Assembly: GCA_001742785.1 (NCBI GenBank)
Contig: MCBF01000001.1
Location: 64,482 to 85,002 of the forward strand
Source of the DNA: Candidatus Altiarchaeales archaeon IMC4
Lineage (GTDB): Archaea > Altiarchaeota > Altiarchaeia > IMC4
Reading direction: 5' to 3'
DNA length: 20,521 bases
In this document: piece after piece, positions 1 through 11,100 of the stretch
Layout of the letters: every line of letters begins with the position of its first letter
Position numbering within the stretch: position 1 is the stretch's first letter
Program-made: the position numbers and the translations under genes
Notes under the pieces: generated by a model
What the model was told of the DNA's origin: nothing
Seen by the model: the letters and a program-made list of their open reading frames with translations, nothing else
Databases searched by the model: none

Positions 1-790
1 ATGCGTCCATACAATTACCACAATTCGAGCATTCGCAAGTTCCGTTCCCCGTGTAGTTAAAACTCAAACCATAGATTGAATAATGTTGTAGGATTTCATC
101 TGCTGCGAGAGAATGATTGTAGATGCGGACTTCGTCTATCGCGCCGTTGAAGAAATGCATTGTGGCTTGATTGATAGAACCAATCTCAAGATATTTCGTT
201 GTTAAAGAAGGAGGAGACACAGTAGAAGTTTCCATGTTACCATCAAGAAACCAAGTCATTGTTGTTCCAGAAAGAGAAAATGCCACAAAATGCCAATTTG
301 TATCTTGAATTTTTAGAGTTGGCGCAAAATAATCAAGAACACCGTATTTTGTATATCCTAATCTATTATTTAGCGCATTTTCTCTTGAAGCAAAAAAACC
401 GTACCCGCTTACACCGCCAGTTCCTTTTGAAACAAGTGTATAAAGATTAGTATGCGCTGCATTCTTCTGTTTCACCCACCCCATAACTGTAATATTGCCC
501 GTGATATCCAAACTCGTTCCATTCCCGCAATTGATATCATTACTCCCGTCAAACTTAAATGCTCCTGCATTTTTACCTCCTGTTGCGTTATAGATAATCC
601 CTCCAACTGTCGTTCCATTATTCGTTCCGTTGAGAGCGTAATCATACACTTTATCGCCCGTTGACGGTGATGTATAACTTTCACCGACTGAACTATCATT
701 GTTAAATTTCCAGTAGCCTACCTGATCGGCATTCCCGACTCCTGCCGCTAAAATTACTAAAACCACAAACAAAAAAATATTTTTTTTCAC
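1..790 (-). CDS. Secreted LamG/concanavalin-like domain protein, 5' part (runs off the window at position 1; absent from the ORF track)
   Basis: Manual translation from GTG at 790 is open to the window edge. It begins with a signal peptide (MKKNIFLFVVLVILAAGVGNA) and has LamG hallmarks: VGYWKFN, AFKFDG, ITVMGWVK, WHFVAFS, FFNGAIDEVRIYNHSLAADEI. A Cys motif CECSNCGNCMDA follows. GAGGGTGA RBS-like sequence lies just upstream. AT-rich. Confidence 0.9.
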   Translation of the reverse strand, partial: MKKNIFLFVVLVILAAGVGNADQVGYWKFNNDSSVGESYTSPSTGDKVYDYALNGTNNGTTVGGIIYNATGGKNAGAFKFDGSNDINCGNGTSLDITGNITVMGWVKQKNAAHTNLYTLVSKGTGGVSGYGFFASRENALNNRLGYTKYGVLDYFAPTLKIQDTNWHFVAFSLSGTTMTWFLDGNMETSTVSPPSLTTKYLEIGSINQATMHFFNGAIDEVRIYNHSLAADEILQHYSIYGLSFNYTGNGTCECSNCGNCMDA

Positions 791-960
791 CTTTTTTCAC
801 CCTCTCTATTCAGTGCGTTTGTACAGTCCGTACATATTTCGGCGGCGGTCATTGTTGAGTTTCCGCAGAAGAAAGCAGTCGTGTTGTCTGTGTATGCGCT
901 TGCGGCCCCGCACAGTGCGAGTAAGAACAAAAATCCAAATAATATGTTTGCGGGTTTCAT
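787..960 (-). pseudogene. 57-aa ORF: signal peptide plus Cys motif, probably a truncated N-terminus of a surface-protein gene (or a small secreted peptide)
   Basis: MKPANILFGFLFLLALCGAASA/YTDNTTAFFCGNSTMTAAEICTDCTNALNREGEKR*. The ATG is about 27 nt below a TTTATATA box. The TGA overlaps the GTG of the LamG gene. CTDCTNALN resembles CQDCTNKFN in the giant protein. Confidence 0.6.
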
Positions 961-976
961 CTTGTTAGATTATTTT

Positions 977-997
977 CCCCCCCCCCTATATAAATTG
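977..997 (-). promoter_or_regulatory. Archaeal TATA box followed by a G10 tract (copy 1)
   Basis: Minus strand reads CAATTTATATA-G10-AAAATAATCTAACAAG-ATG. The TATA-to-ATG spacing fits a leaderless or short-leader archaeal transcript. Confidence 0.65.
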
Positions 998-1019
998 GTT
1001 GGCGGGTTTGGTGTTCCGC

Positions 1020-1297
1020 GTTGGCTGAGGCCAACTGGACAAGAGAATCGCAAAGCGATTCGATGTCGCGTGAATCTGACAGATTCACGGGACAGGAAGA
1101 TCACAGAGGTGATTTTGTGTCCCACGAATCCTCAGATTCGTGTGGAACCAAAAGTGCGCGGGACTTTTGCGTTCCCGAAACTCTTCGGAGTTTCTCGGAA
1201 GGCAAACACTTATTTCGGTTTTGCATAAGCATTTCCGCAATAAGCATTTGTGCAGAAGCACAAATGGTACCCCGAAACTACACGGCAGTTTCGAGGG
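1020..1297. repeat. Array of about 10 abutting short inverted repeats (palindromic repeat cluster or structured RNA)
   Basis: Stems read directly: GTTGGC/GCCAAC 1020-1035; GAATCGC/GCGATTC 1045-1061; CGTGAATCT/AGATTCACG 1069-1089; ATCAC/GTGAT 1100-1113; CACGAATC/GATTCGTG 1123-1142; CAAAAGT/ACTTTTG 1149-1169; GAAACTC-TTCG-GAGTTTC 1177-1194; an imperfect stem at about 1204-1234; CATTTGTGC/GCACAAATG 1245-1266; CGAAACT/AGTTTCG 1273-1293. Confidence 0.85.
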
Positions 1298-1330
1298 TTG
1301 TGATTGTGGGTTTTGTCGGGTCATTTTGGT

Positions 1331-1981
1331 TTAGGTTTTAGATTTGGCGAGGGTGAGGATTGCGGCAACTATCTCTTTTGTTGCTGTTCTCGCTTCTTTT
1401 CGCTCTTTTGCGAGTTCTTTTTTGAAGTCCTTGCGTTCTGCGACAAATTCCTCGAAAATTTTGTTCATGCTCTGGGCAATTGCGTTTATGTTCTCTGACA
1501 ATATGCCGTATTTTGTGTTGATGGTGTTGAAATCGTTGTCGGTTTTTGTAAAACCGTTTCGTGTTTCTTTCGTGAGGTTTGCAAAGTTCTGGTTGGTGTC
1601 GTTTCTTGAACCTTTGAACTCACATAACAAACCATTTGCGGCATCAACAAACTTATACTGCTGTTCCGTCATGAATCTCATCCTGAAAGAATCCAGCGTA
1701 CCGACATACTCTTCGCAATCCTCAATAGTTATCGCGCCGGAATCAACCTTTGCATGCTCCGGGAAATTTTCTGGTTTCTTCGCGAGGTCAAAAAATTTGT
1801 TTATGTTTTCATCGGATGATCCGAGCAGAACACGCACGACCTGCCTGCCATTGGCTTTAACGTTCTTTGCGTTAAAGTTCCCGATTCCCAAATCGTCTGC
1901 CAGATTTGTCAAAAGCAGGCGGTAGCCGACATCATGGACTTTCTCGCCTTTGATCAGCATTTTCTTCTTTACCGTTGCCAT
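1331..1981 (-). CDS. Acylphosphatase-like domain protein with C-terminal coiled coil (216 aa)
   Basis: N-terminal IKGEKVHDVGYR matches the acylphosphatase GxVQGVGFR loop, with Arg retained and a downstream Asn (NAKNV). The C-terminal half is a charged heptad-like helix. TATA-like sequence upstream. Confidence 0.8.
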   Translation of the reverse strand: MATVKKKMLIKGEKVHDVGYRLLLTNLADDLGIGNFNAKNVKANGRQVVRVLLGSSDENINKFFDLAKKPENFPEHAKVDSGAITIEDCEEYVGTLDSFRMRFMTEQQYKFVDAANGLLCEFKGSRNDTNQNFANLTKETRNGFTKTDNDFNTINTKYGILSENINAIAQSMNKIFEEFVAERKDFKKELAKERKEARTATKEIVAAILTLAKSKT

Positions 1982-2003
1982 TGTTTAGAATATAACATTT
2001 TCA

Positions 2004-2012
2004 TAAATAAAA
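2004..2012 (-). promoter_or_regulatory. Putative TATA box for the acylphosphatase-like gene
   Basis: Minus strand GAAACCTC-TTTTATTTA lies about 23 nt above the ATG at 1981. The layout (GAA(A)C...TTTTAT...TTATATT...ATG) resembles the antitoxin promoter at 17601-17640. Confidence 0.45.
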
Positions 2013-2130
2013 GAGGTTTCATGCAGTCGGAACAGTTCAAGCATTGAAAATAACTGCCTTCGTCGGTGTAAGTGGTTGCATTCCCACGAATCAAAAGCAT
2101 GACCAAGCAGTCAGTCAGAAAGTTTTTGCG
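2011..2130 (-). pseudogene. Decayed N-terminal fragment of a secreted surface-protein gene
   Basis: One frame reads RKNFLTDCLVMLLIRGNA/TTYTDEGSYFQCLNCSDCMKPL. This is a damaged signal peptide ending GNA (as in the LamG gene), followed by YTD..F.C..C.DC as in ORF 787..960. It lies directly under TATA-G10 copy 2. Confidence 0.5.
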
Positions 2131-2134
2131 TTCG

Positions 2135-2156
2135 CCCCCCCCCCTTATATAAATTG
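2135..2156 (-). promoter_or_regulatory. Archaeal TATA box followed by a G10 tract (copy 2)
   Basis: Minus strand CAATTTATATAA-G10, almost identical to 977..997. Confidence 0.55.
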
Positions 2157-2186
2157 AAGGGGGAACTTGTTCTCAGGGCGTAGGCG

Positions 2187-5100
2187 CTACCCAAGTTCGA
2201 CCACGCCGCTTGCCCCCGTGTAAACGAAATACGCCCCGCCGGTCGACAAACTAAAGTTGCTCATCTGGAAGCCCGCATCGTACTTTGAAACCGCGATGCA
2301 CCCTGTTTTACTGCACAATTCGGCAGAGCCGCTTATGTTCGTGGGCACGCTTCCTACCATGTTCCACCCCTGCGAAAGCGAGACGTTTATGCTTGGGCGG
2401 TACCTTCCGCCAAAGGAGAGTTTGCTCTGGTTCTGGCAGAAGATATAGTAACCCCTTCCTATTTCAAGCGGGAAGTCGAATGCGGGGCTTCCCCTGATGT
2501 GCGAGATTATCCCGCCTTCGTATTTCGAGAGGATTTTGCAGTCCGCCGCTTCAAGGATTCCCGAGGCGTTGTAAGGCTCATCGAACGGCAAGGAGAACAC
2601 GCTCCAGCCGGCGGTGAGGTTTATCGCATCCGTCCCGAATATGTCCGTGTTGTTGTCCTCTTTGCCGTTGAAATATGTCTTCACTTGGTAATACTTCTTC
2701 ATGCCAGATAGGTTTATGCTGTTTTCTGCCGTGGTCGCCAGTGTGTCGAATCCGCTTGTGGTATTTGATACATAGACAATGTACATCAGGTCCTGCGAAA
2801 CCATCGGCGGCTGCCACGTCATCACGCCGATGCCGCGGATTATGGACACGTTTACGGGCGCGGGCAGGGTTATGTTCCTGTCGACTGCCAGGGTTCTGGT
2901 GTCCGAGGTTACGCTATAATTGGGTCCATACGGCCAGTAGCACTCTAGATTCCATGTGTAGTTTCCGTCATCCAACTGCCGCGTGAAGTTATTTGAGCCG
3001 TCGGATGCGCTGATATTGGCCGCGTAGGTATCATTCATATAGAACCAGCACCCATACGCCGAGTTCACCCTGTATGCAAACGTCACGTTTCCGTCAAGGT
3101 CTGTTGCGCCGTTTGCCGGTGAATCCAAGATTAAATCTACCCCGGGGGTTATGTTCAGGACTATGCTATCTGCTACCTGCCATTCACTTCCGTTAATTAC
3201 AAGTGTGGTGTTCCCGGTAATATTGTTGTACGTCGCACTTATCATCAGGGTGTCAGTGGTGTTGGCGCACCCCATCTCATTAACCGCGAAGGCATAAACG
3301 CCCAGGATACTCGTATTTGTTATATATGCGCATCCTGAATTATTGAGGTCGGTTACCGTGATATCCGCCCATGGCTGCGGGGTCTGCCCGTCAGATTTGA
3401 ACACGCTACCCCTTATGTTCTGCACGGGAGGCAATCCACTACCCACCACAGCAGATATAAGATTCATCTTGCTCATGCTCGCTTTCCATTGCCCTGACGC
3501 CGGCATCTCAATCCAGTATCCGTTCCTGTTGTTCAGCATGAAGTTGTCTCCCGCCATCCCGGGGCAGTAGTACACCTTGTAATACCCGCGCGAGGCATTA
3601 TAATACAATATGCTGGTTGCGTTCACACTACTGCATATCTCCTGCGCCGTCTTCCCTGTCTCGTTTATCCAGCTGACAAGGTTCCATATTGGGCTGAGGT
3701 TCAATGTCACGTTGGTCAGGTAACTGTAGCCCGTAAAGCTCCATATCGTGTCGTTTTTGAGGTTGACCCAGTAGCCCCTGCCGTTCTCCAGCGGGAAGTC
3801 GTTCGCCACGATGCCGCCGACGTGGCTTGTGTAGCTCTGGGCCGCATCGTCCCACGAAACCGTTTCCTTTGCGCTACCTATGTTGATTATCAGGTCCTCG
3901 GCGGTTGCCCCCGTGACGTTGAGGGGCAGCGATATGAGGTTCCAGCCCTTCTTCAGGGTGTAGTTGCAGTACAGGGTTTCATGAACCTGCGAACTCTCGG
4001 GGGATGTGTTGTTGCCTGCATCCTGCGCCAGAACCTTGTAGTAGTAGGTTATGCCTGTGCGTGCCGATGTGTCGTTGTATCCCGTTGTGTTTATGCCGTA
4101 AACCGTGTTCAGGAGTGTCGCGTTTGCGGGCGTGAAATCTATCGCCGTTGACCTGTGTACCTGGTAGGCAATAGTCGTGTCCGTATTTGCATTCCACGAC
4201 AGGCCGATGCTTCTCACGTTGTTTGTCGCCTTGAGGCCGGTTACCTGCTGGAGGTTGAGGACATTGATGGTTAAGAGAACGGATTTGTTCCTTGCCGGCT
4301 CAATCTCAAGCGGCGGTACGTTCAGCGGCACGATGGCTATGCTTGCGGTTTCCATGTACAGGCCCGGGCTCGGCGTCGACAGGTAGGTAACGTTCATTAC
4401 CCGGGTATCCCCGCGGTTCACAACTGCGTAAGAATCGCTCACATTGAAGTAGGCGGAGTTGTTCCCTGTTACAAGGATGCTGAAGTTCAGTTTCTTGTTC
4501 CCGTTATTCTGGATCAGGAACGAACCTAACGAGCCGTTCGTGCCCACAGTCACCGCTTTGCTTATAATGACAGGGGTAACGCCCCATGCCCAGCTGTCTT
4601 CCTCTTCTACGAGCACGTAAGCGGATGTGGAAAAGCCCGCAACGTTCGCCGTTATGTTGTTTGCATCGAAGTCTATTGCCGAGGGGGCCTCCTCCCACCC
4701 CGAGCATGTCCTGTTCAGGTATGTCCAGTTCGCACATTGGTATATCCTCAGGTTGGCCTCTACATACCCGTGGCTGTCAAGGTACTGCTGGCTGTAATGC
4801 ATAACTATGCTGCCTGATTCGTTGAACGTTGTGCTCATCGCGATGCCTTGTACGGGATTCTTGAAGGGAATGCCTGTAAGCGGAAGGTTGTCAAGGTCTA
4901 TCGGGTCGTTGGCTGCCGAGAGGTCCGCCTCGTTTAGCGAGAGGGTGGTATTGAACGCCGTTATCTCAAGGTCGTATGTCCGCGCATGGAGCGTCGTGTT
5001 ATAGGTGCCGTTGAGCGTTGTGATGTTCTTTGCCAGTTCGCTGTTGATCGGCTTGTAGAACATGAATGTCGCATTGACCGGCGCCCCGTTTGCGTCCGTT

Positions 5101-8100
5101 ATATTACCCCAGAAGCCGCGCTCTTGGTAGACCTCGAGGTAATCCGTCGTCGTGTTCGAATTTCCGCTTGTGTCGGTCATGTTCAGCGTTATCTTGTAGT
5201 CGCCCTCGCTAAGCGTGAGGTTGAGCAGTATCGAATCGTTCGTCGTGTTGTAGACCGTGCCGCTGACGTTCACCACTAAGAGTGCAACGCCCACGTTGTC
5301 GGATACGTTGTATTGGATTATCGCGCGGCCGGGGAATGCCACGTTCTGGACGTATTTATACGTTACGTACGGCGGGTCCACATCCCTGTAAATGACTGCG
5401 TTTTGCTCCAGGGCGCTTGCGTTGAAACCCGAGTACGATGCGTTGACAACGAGCGAATTGTTCGTTGTGTTAAGCGGCGGCAGGGTGCAGTTTATGCGCC
5501 ATCCTGACGAGTACGCCGCCGACAGGTTCGTGCAGTTTGCGCCCCCCACGGTGGCGTGCCACGTTACGTTGCCCGTTATTTCGGTCGCGTTGTCCACCAC
5601 CCGCAAGAGGGTTGCGTTGATCTCCAGGATGCCGCCTGCCAGCACGTTCGTTGCGGGCGAGGCCTCGGTCGGTGCGGTTACGTTGATGCTTAGGAATACG
5701 GCCGGCAGGGTTATGGACGTGTTCCTCGACGGCGGGTTCGCCGAGCCGTTTGCCATTGTCACGTACACCGTGTGGGTCCCGGCTCCTATCGCGGAGTAGT
5801 TCACGACAAGCGAAGCCGTGGACAGCGGGGCAACCAGTATGGTCTGCGGCGCGGAAAACGCCGTTGTGTTGCCCCCCAGAGAGACGTTAAACTCGATGGC
5901 TATGTTTCCTATGTTCGTGATGTTTATGCTCGTGCTCCCGTTTGTTCCCACCGCAGCCGCATCGAGCGTCATCGACTCCGGGGTCCTTACCCACGCCCAG
6001 TCCGAGGGGACTATCAGGTAAAGGGTCATATTGGCCTCCCCGGCCGAGCTTGTGAAGTTCGCTGTCATGTTATACATGCCGGGCGCGTAACCCTGCGGCG
6101 CTGTCGCGGTGATGTTTATGTCCGTGCTGTTGCCGGCACCAAGCGAGGCGATTGAGGACGGGGCGATGGTGATGTTGAACGCGGTGCAGTTCATGCAGCC
6201 AATCGTTATGTTGCCGACCTGCACGTTTCCTGTGGAGTTTATCGTGAAGGGGGTGGTGTTGGTGGTGTTCTGCGCAACCGCAAATGTCTTTGACGACGGC
6301 ACCTCGAGAACGGGGTTTTCCGTAACGTTTATGGTGACGTTTGTCATCTCGGCTCCAATGGTTCCGTCGGGGTTTCTCCATCCTGCGGTTATGTTTATCG
6401 TATAAAGCCCCGGCGCCGTCGCGTTCGGTACTGATATTACCGACGAGTTCGTAATGCTTGTGCCGTTTGATATGTTGCCGTAGCCCATCTGCGAGGGCGT
6501 TGCACTCCAGTTAAGGCTCAATGTAACGTTTGCGTTTATTGCCGTTGCGAGACCCGTATTAGCCAGTGTCACGTTCATGGTGAGGTTTTGCCCTTCCCTT
6601 TGCGTGATCCCCTGCACGGTGGCTGACACGTTCACTGTCATGTTCAAGGTGGTGTTCCCGACTGCCGTGAAATTGAGCACCGCCGTGGAAATGCCCCCCT
6701 TGGTGTCGTTGGCGTATATCGTGATGTTGTAAAAGCCCGCCCGTTCCGGTTTGTATGCTGCCGAGTATGTGCTGTCATTTTTGGACATATTCCTGATTGT
6801 CCCGTTTACGTTCGCCCATACCGAGCCAACCAGGTAATTATCGGTTACGTTCGCGCTTATGGTTACCGTTTCGTTGACATCCGCTATCGGCTTGACGTAT
6901 GCGTCGGTTATGTTCGGCGGGGGATCCGTAACGTTCATGTAAACCATTGTCGATGCCTGCTCGGGGTCGAAGGTGGAGTTCGCAAAGAAGGTTATGTTCG
7001 CCACGTACATGCCGAGCGGCTGGTCAGCAGGGACAAAGTACTTGATGATGAATTCTGTGATACCCGCCCTTTGGACGAATTTTACCGTTGGGAATGAGGG
7101 ACTGTATATAAGCTGAATACTTGCGTTGCCGGCTGCCGTTACATTCATGTTTATGTCAACGTTTCCGCTGTTGTTCAGGTATACCGTGAAATTGCCGGAA
7201 GTACCTGCGGGCGTCTCCCTGCTTAGATTCTCTGGGGTTCTCATCCAGGAGGTATTCATCGGAACCGATACGTTCAGTTCGAGCGTGTCATAACCCCCGT
7301 TGCTGCTGTTTATGAGGAGTGTCGTAGAGTAATTGCCGTACGTCGTGTTCGACGGAACCGAGACGTTGACCGATATCTTCCTGCTGGTTGCGCGCGGTAT
7401 CGTGTCCCTGGTATCGTTATACGTAATCCATGCGGATGGTATATCCCCGCCGGTGTTTGTGTAAACCAAATCGGCGACAAATTTATTTCCGATGGACTTG
7501 AGCGTGAATTCCCCGACCTCTTTGGTTTCGCCGTGTTTTATGGTTGCGCTCAGGTTGGTTTCCGGTATGTCGATTCTTGCATTTGGCTCGACGGTTACTG
7601 ATGTTGTATTTGTTGCGTAAACTGCAAGAACCTCATTTGGATTCAGCCACAATGCGCGCTCTTCGATAATGTAGGTGTTCGGGGGCGCATCGGCCGTTAC
7701 ATTCACAGCAAACGAACGCGCGCACGACTCGTTTGCCGAGAGGTTGCCGCACCCCTGCGAGGTCGTGTTTGCATAGAACCCCGTCTGCAGATTAGACAGT
7801 GTGAGGGTTACGTTTTCTGCGGTTTCGCTTCCGGTGTTCGTTACGTTCAGCGTAAGGTCGAACTGGTACGGCGTGTACTCCGTAACGTTTGTCGCTGTTA
7901 TCGAAGTGTTCGAAACCGAGAGTATGCCGCCTGCAAAGTAGACATAGATGTAGACCGGAATCTCACCCCACGATGCATCGGAACCTGAGCCCGTGGCGTT
8001 CACCAGGATCGTCCCGTTGTAGGTTTGGTGCACAGGTGTGGCGCCGGGAACGGAGACGTTTATCGATACCTCTGACGTTGCGTTCGGTTCCATATCGAAA

Positions 8101-11100
8101 TTCGCGCTGCCGAACGTTACCGTGAAGTTTTCACATACTGCCCCTGACGAGCATTTCAGGGTGATATTCTCGAGCTTGTAGTTTCCTAATGAGTGGAGGG
8201 TTATGCGCCCTATGTTTTCCTCTGTCCCGTTCTGGACGGCGCGCGATATGTTGGTTTCAAGTATCGAAAGTACTGGGTTTGCCGTAACGTTGATTAGGGT
8301 GGTTTGGGTTGCAACCCCCTGCGTATTATCCGGGTTCATCCAGGCTGCGGTCGAGTTTATGTAGTACACGCCGTATGTTGCCGCTGCAACCGTTATGTTG
8401 AAGGTATTGCCGCAGGAGCCTGTTTCTTCGACCTTGCCGCACTGGCGGGTGGTGTTTCCGCTGAACACCGACGGAAGGCCGAGGGTTATGTTCGTGCCGT
8501 ATGCCCCGCCAAGCCCGGTATTGTTGAAAGTCACGCTCATGTTGAACGAATTTGTCTCATCAAACACTGTGCCGTTTACCTCGATGCCCGGAGCAATTAT
8601 CTCGCCGGTAGTATTTCCTATTGCCGTGAAATTGAGCATGTCCGAGTATGCGGTATTGCCCGACGTGTCGTTTGCCGCGATGACCACGTGATAAACACCC
8701 GATACATTGGCTGTGTGGCTCAACTGCCAGGTGTCGGCGCTTGCATTGCCCATTTGGATGTAACTGCTGACGCCGTCGGTTATGTTCGCGTAAACCCTGT
8801 CGACGCCTATGTTATCGGTTACGTTCACGCTTATCGTTAAGTTTTCGTAGTTCACGTCCACCACGTTCGGGGTCGATGGTGTCGTTATCGTGAAGTTGCT
8901 TATGGTCGGCACTGTTGCATCCGTTACGTTGATGGACACCGAGACATTCAGCTGCGAGGGCGCGCTCCCGTTCTCGGCATCTATTATTATGACCCCATTG
9001 TAAATGCCCGGCGTTTGTGTCAGCGGGATGCTGTAGTTTATCGAGAGATTTTTGGACTCCATCCTTGGGACCGTGATATTCGAAAATACCAGCATCGGGG
9101 ATATGTTCCCTGACGAGGATACTGTAAAGTTCAGATTCACGTTTGCCGTGTTGGTTATGTTAATGTCCCCCAAGGTTCCGGTTTCGTTGTCCACTACGTT
9201 CTTCATCGCCAATAGGTCAGGTGTCCTGGACCACGTCTTCATCTCGGTTATGGTTACGTTTATCTCTACCGTGTCCGTGCACCTCGAGGACGTGCAATTG
9301 GAGGCCGTTGCATTCGCAAAGATTGTTCCGTTATAGGCGCCCTGGAGATAGCCAAGCGGCACGGAAACGTTTACAGCGATCGCTTGCGTTAAGCCCTGCG
9401 GCAGTTCAACAACGGAGGACGGCGTGAACGTAACGCTGAAGTTCTCGCATACCGTTCCGTTCAGGCATTCGATGGCTATGCCGTCCAGCTTGTAGTTGCC
9501 CGTAGAGTTTATGTTAAAACTCACGGTATTCGAGGAATTCGGCGCGATCGTAACCGCGATCGAGTCCTCGATTATGTCAAGAACCGGGTTCTGGAATACA
9601 GTAACGTTTCCGTACCCCGCGGACGAATCATAGGTGTCGTCAGGGTTTGTCCATTCGCAGGCTGAGGTTACGGCGTAGGTGCCGGGCATCCCGTTTGCGG
9701 GTATGGTTATCCTCGCGCTTGTTGTGCAGTTTTTGAGCGACTCGAGGGTTCCGCATGCCGTCTTTGTGAAGTTCGTGCCCCAGCCGGATGGGAGCGTAAT
9801 GTTTGTGATGTTGACGGCAAATGCCCTGACGAGGAGGTTATTGCAGACCATGTCGACAGTTATGTTCTGCCCGTAGGCGTATTTAACGTCGGTCGCATTT
9901 GAGCTCACGGGGATTATCATGGCCCCTACCGTGGTTTTGCTTGTGATTGTGAAGTTGTAGCCGGATTTGTTTGCCACTAAGCCCGATGTATCGTTTGCAT
10001 AGAATGTGACGATGTACGTTCCGTTGGCTGCAAAGGTGTCCGAGTTATTGTAATGGTTCCCCGATGTCCTGTTCAGTTGGAAGTCTATTGCCGTCGTGTT
10101 TGGCTGTATTATCGTTACCCATACCCTGTCCACCCCGTCCAGTATGTTATCCGTCACATCTGCGCTGAACACGATTTCGTCGCTTGCAATGGCACCGACC
10201 GGGTAAACATCCGCGTAGGTTATGTTCGGCTTTGTCGTGTCCGAGATATTGACAGTTACGTTGCCCTCGTTCGCCTGGGATTTGTTGTAGTATTGTGCCG
10301 GGTCGTCGGTTATATTGCAGACAATATCGTGCAGGCCGATGTCCGAGGTGTTCCAGTCTTTCGGAGTCCACATGTACGTGGCTGTTCCTGCGGTCGAATT
10401 CGTAACGTTCAGCAGTGTGCCGCCATCGTAGAAGTATACTGTATAATTCAACAGTCCGCCCGTATTGACGTCCCTGATAATGCAGGTTATGTTTATCGTT
10501 TCTCCGTATGACCAATTCAGCGCGGTCGGCGATGTCAGTGTTATGTTCGACCAGCCCCATATTTCCATTGAGATGTTATCGGAACCGGAATCGTAGTAAT
10601 CCTTCGATGCGTTCAGGGAGAGGGTTTCAATGCCAAGGGGGTAGCTGTCCGACACGTTCCACAGCAGGTTCTCTTCGCTTCCTATGACTTCCTGTGTCGT
10701 GTACCACGCAACGTTCGAACCGTTTATCAGGTTGTTGTCCGCGTCGTAAATCGTCGAATTCAGCCCTATGTTCTTGTCTCCCCTGTGCAGTACCGAGCCG
10801 TTTGCCGGGCTTGTGATGTTCGGCGACAGCGCACCGAGGACGGTTATGTTTCTTGCGTAGGTTTCCGATGGTTTATTGCTATATATGCCTGCGGCCTTTG
10901 TTGCGTTTATCAGCAGTGTGTGGTTACCTGGCAGGAGACCTGTATTGTACTGCATTGTGAAAGAACCGTTTGAATCCGTCAACGCTGTTGTTTCTCCAAG
11001 ATCATCAAAAACGTGGACTGCGGCAAGAGGAACGTCTCCGTATTCTGCATATCGTACTTTTCCGGAGATGTTTATAAGGTAGGGGTACAATGAATCGTGC

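Noticed and set aside
259..699. Track ORFs 259..450, 452..664 and 472..699
   Set aside because: They overlap the LamG CDS, which has clear motifs in another frame.
1020..1297. CRISPR array or tRNA interpretation of the hairpins
   Set aside because: No constant repeat with unique spacers, no cas genes, and no cloverleaf with T-loop consensus.
881..1341. ORFs crossing the hairpin array (881..1228, 1021..1341, 1085..1324, 1140..1334)
   Set aside because: Mutually overlapping and without protein-like features. The inverted-repeat structure explains the region better.
1344..1925. 193-aa + strand ORF antisense to the acylphosphatase-like gene
   Set aside because: Ser/Phe/Leu-rich with no motif, in the wobble-aligned antisense register that is often open by chance. 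Useful only as a control.
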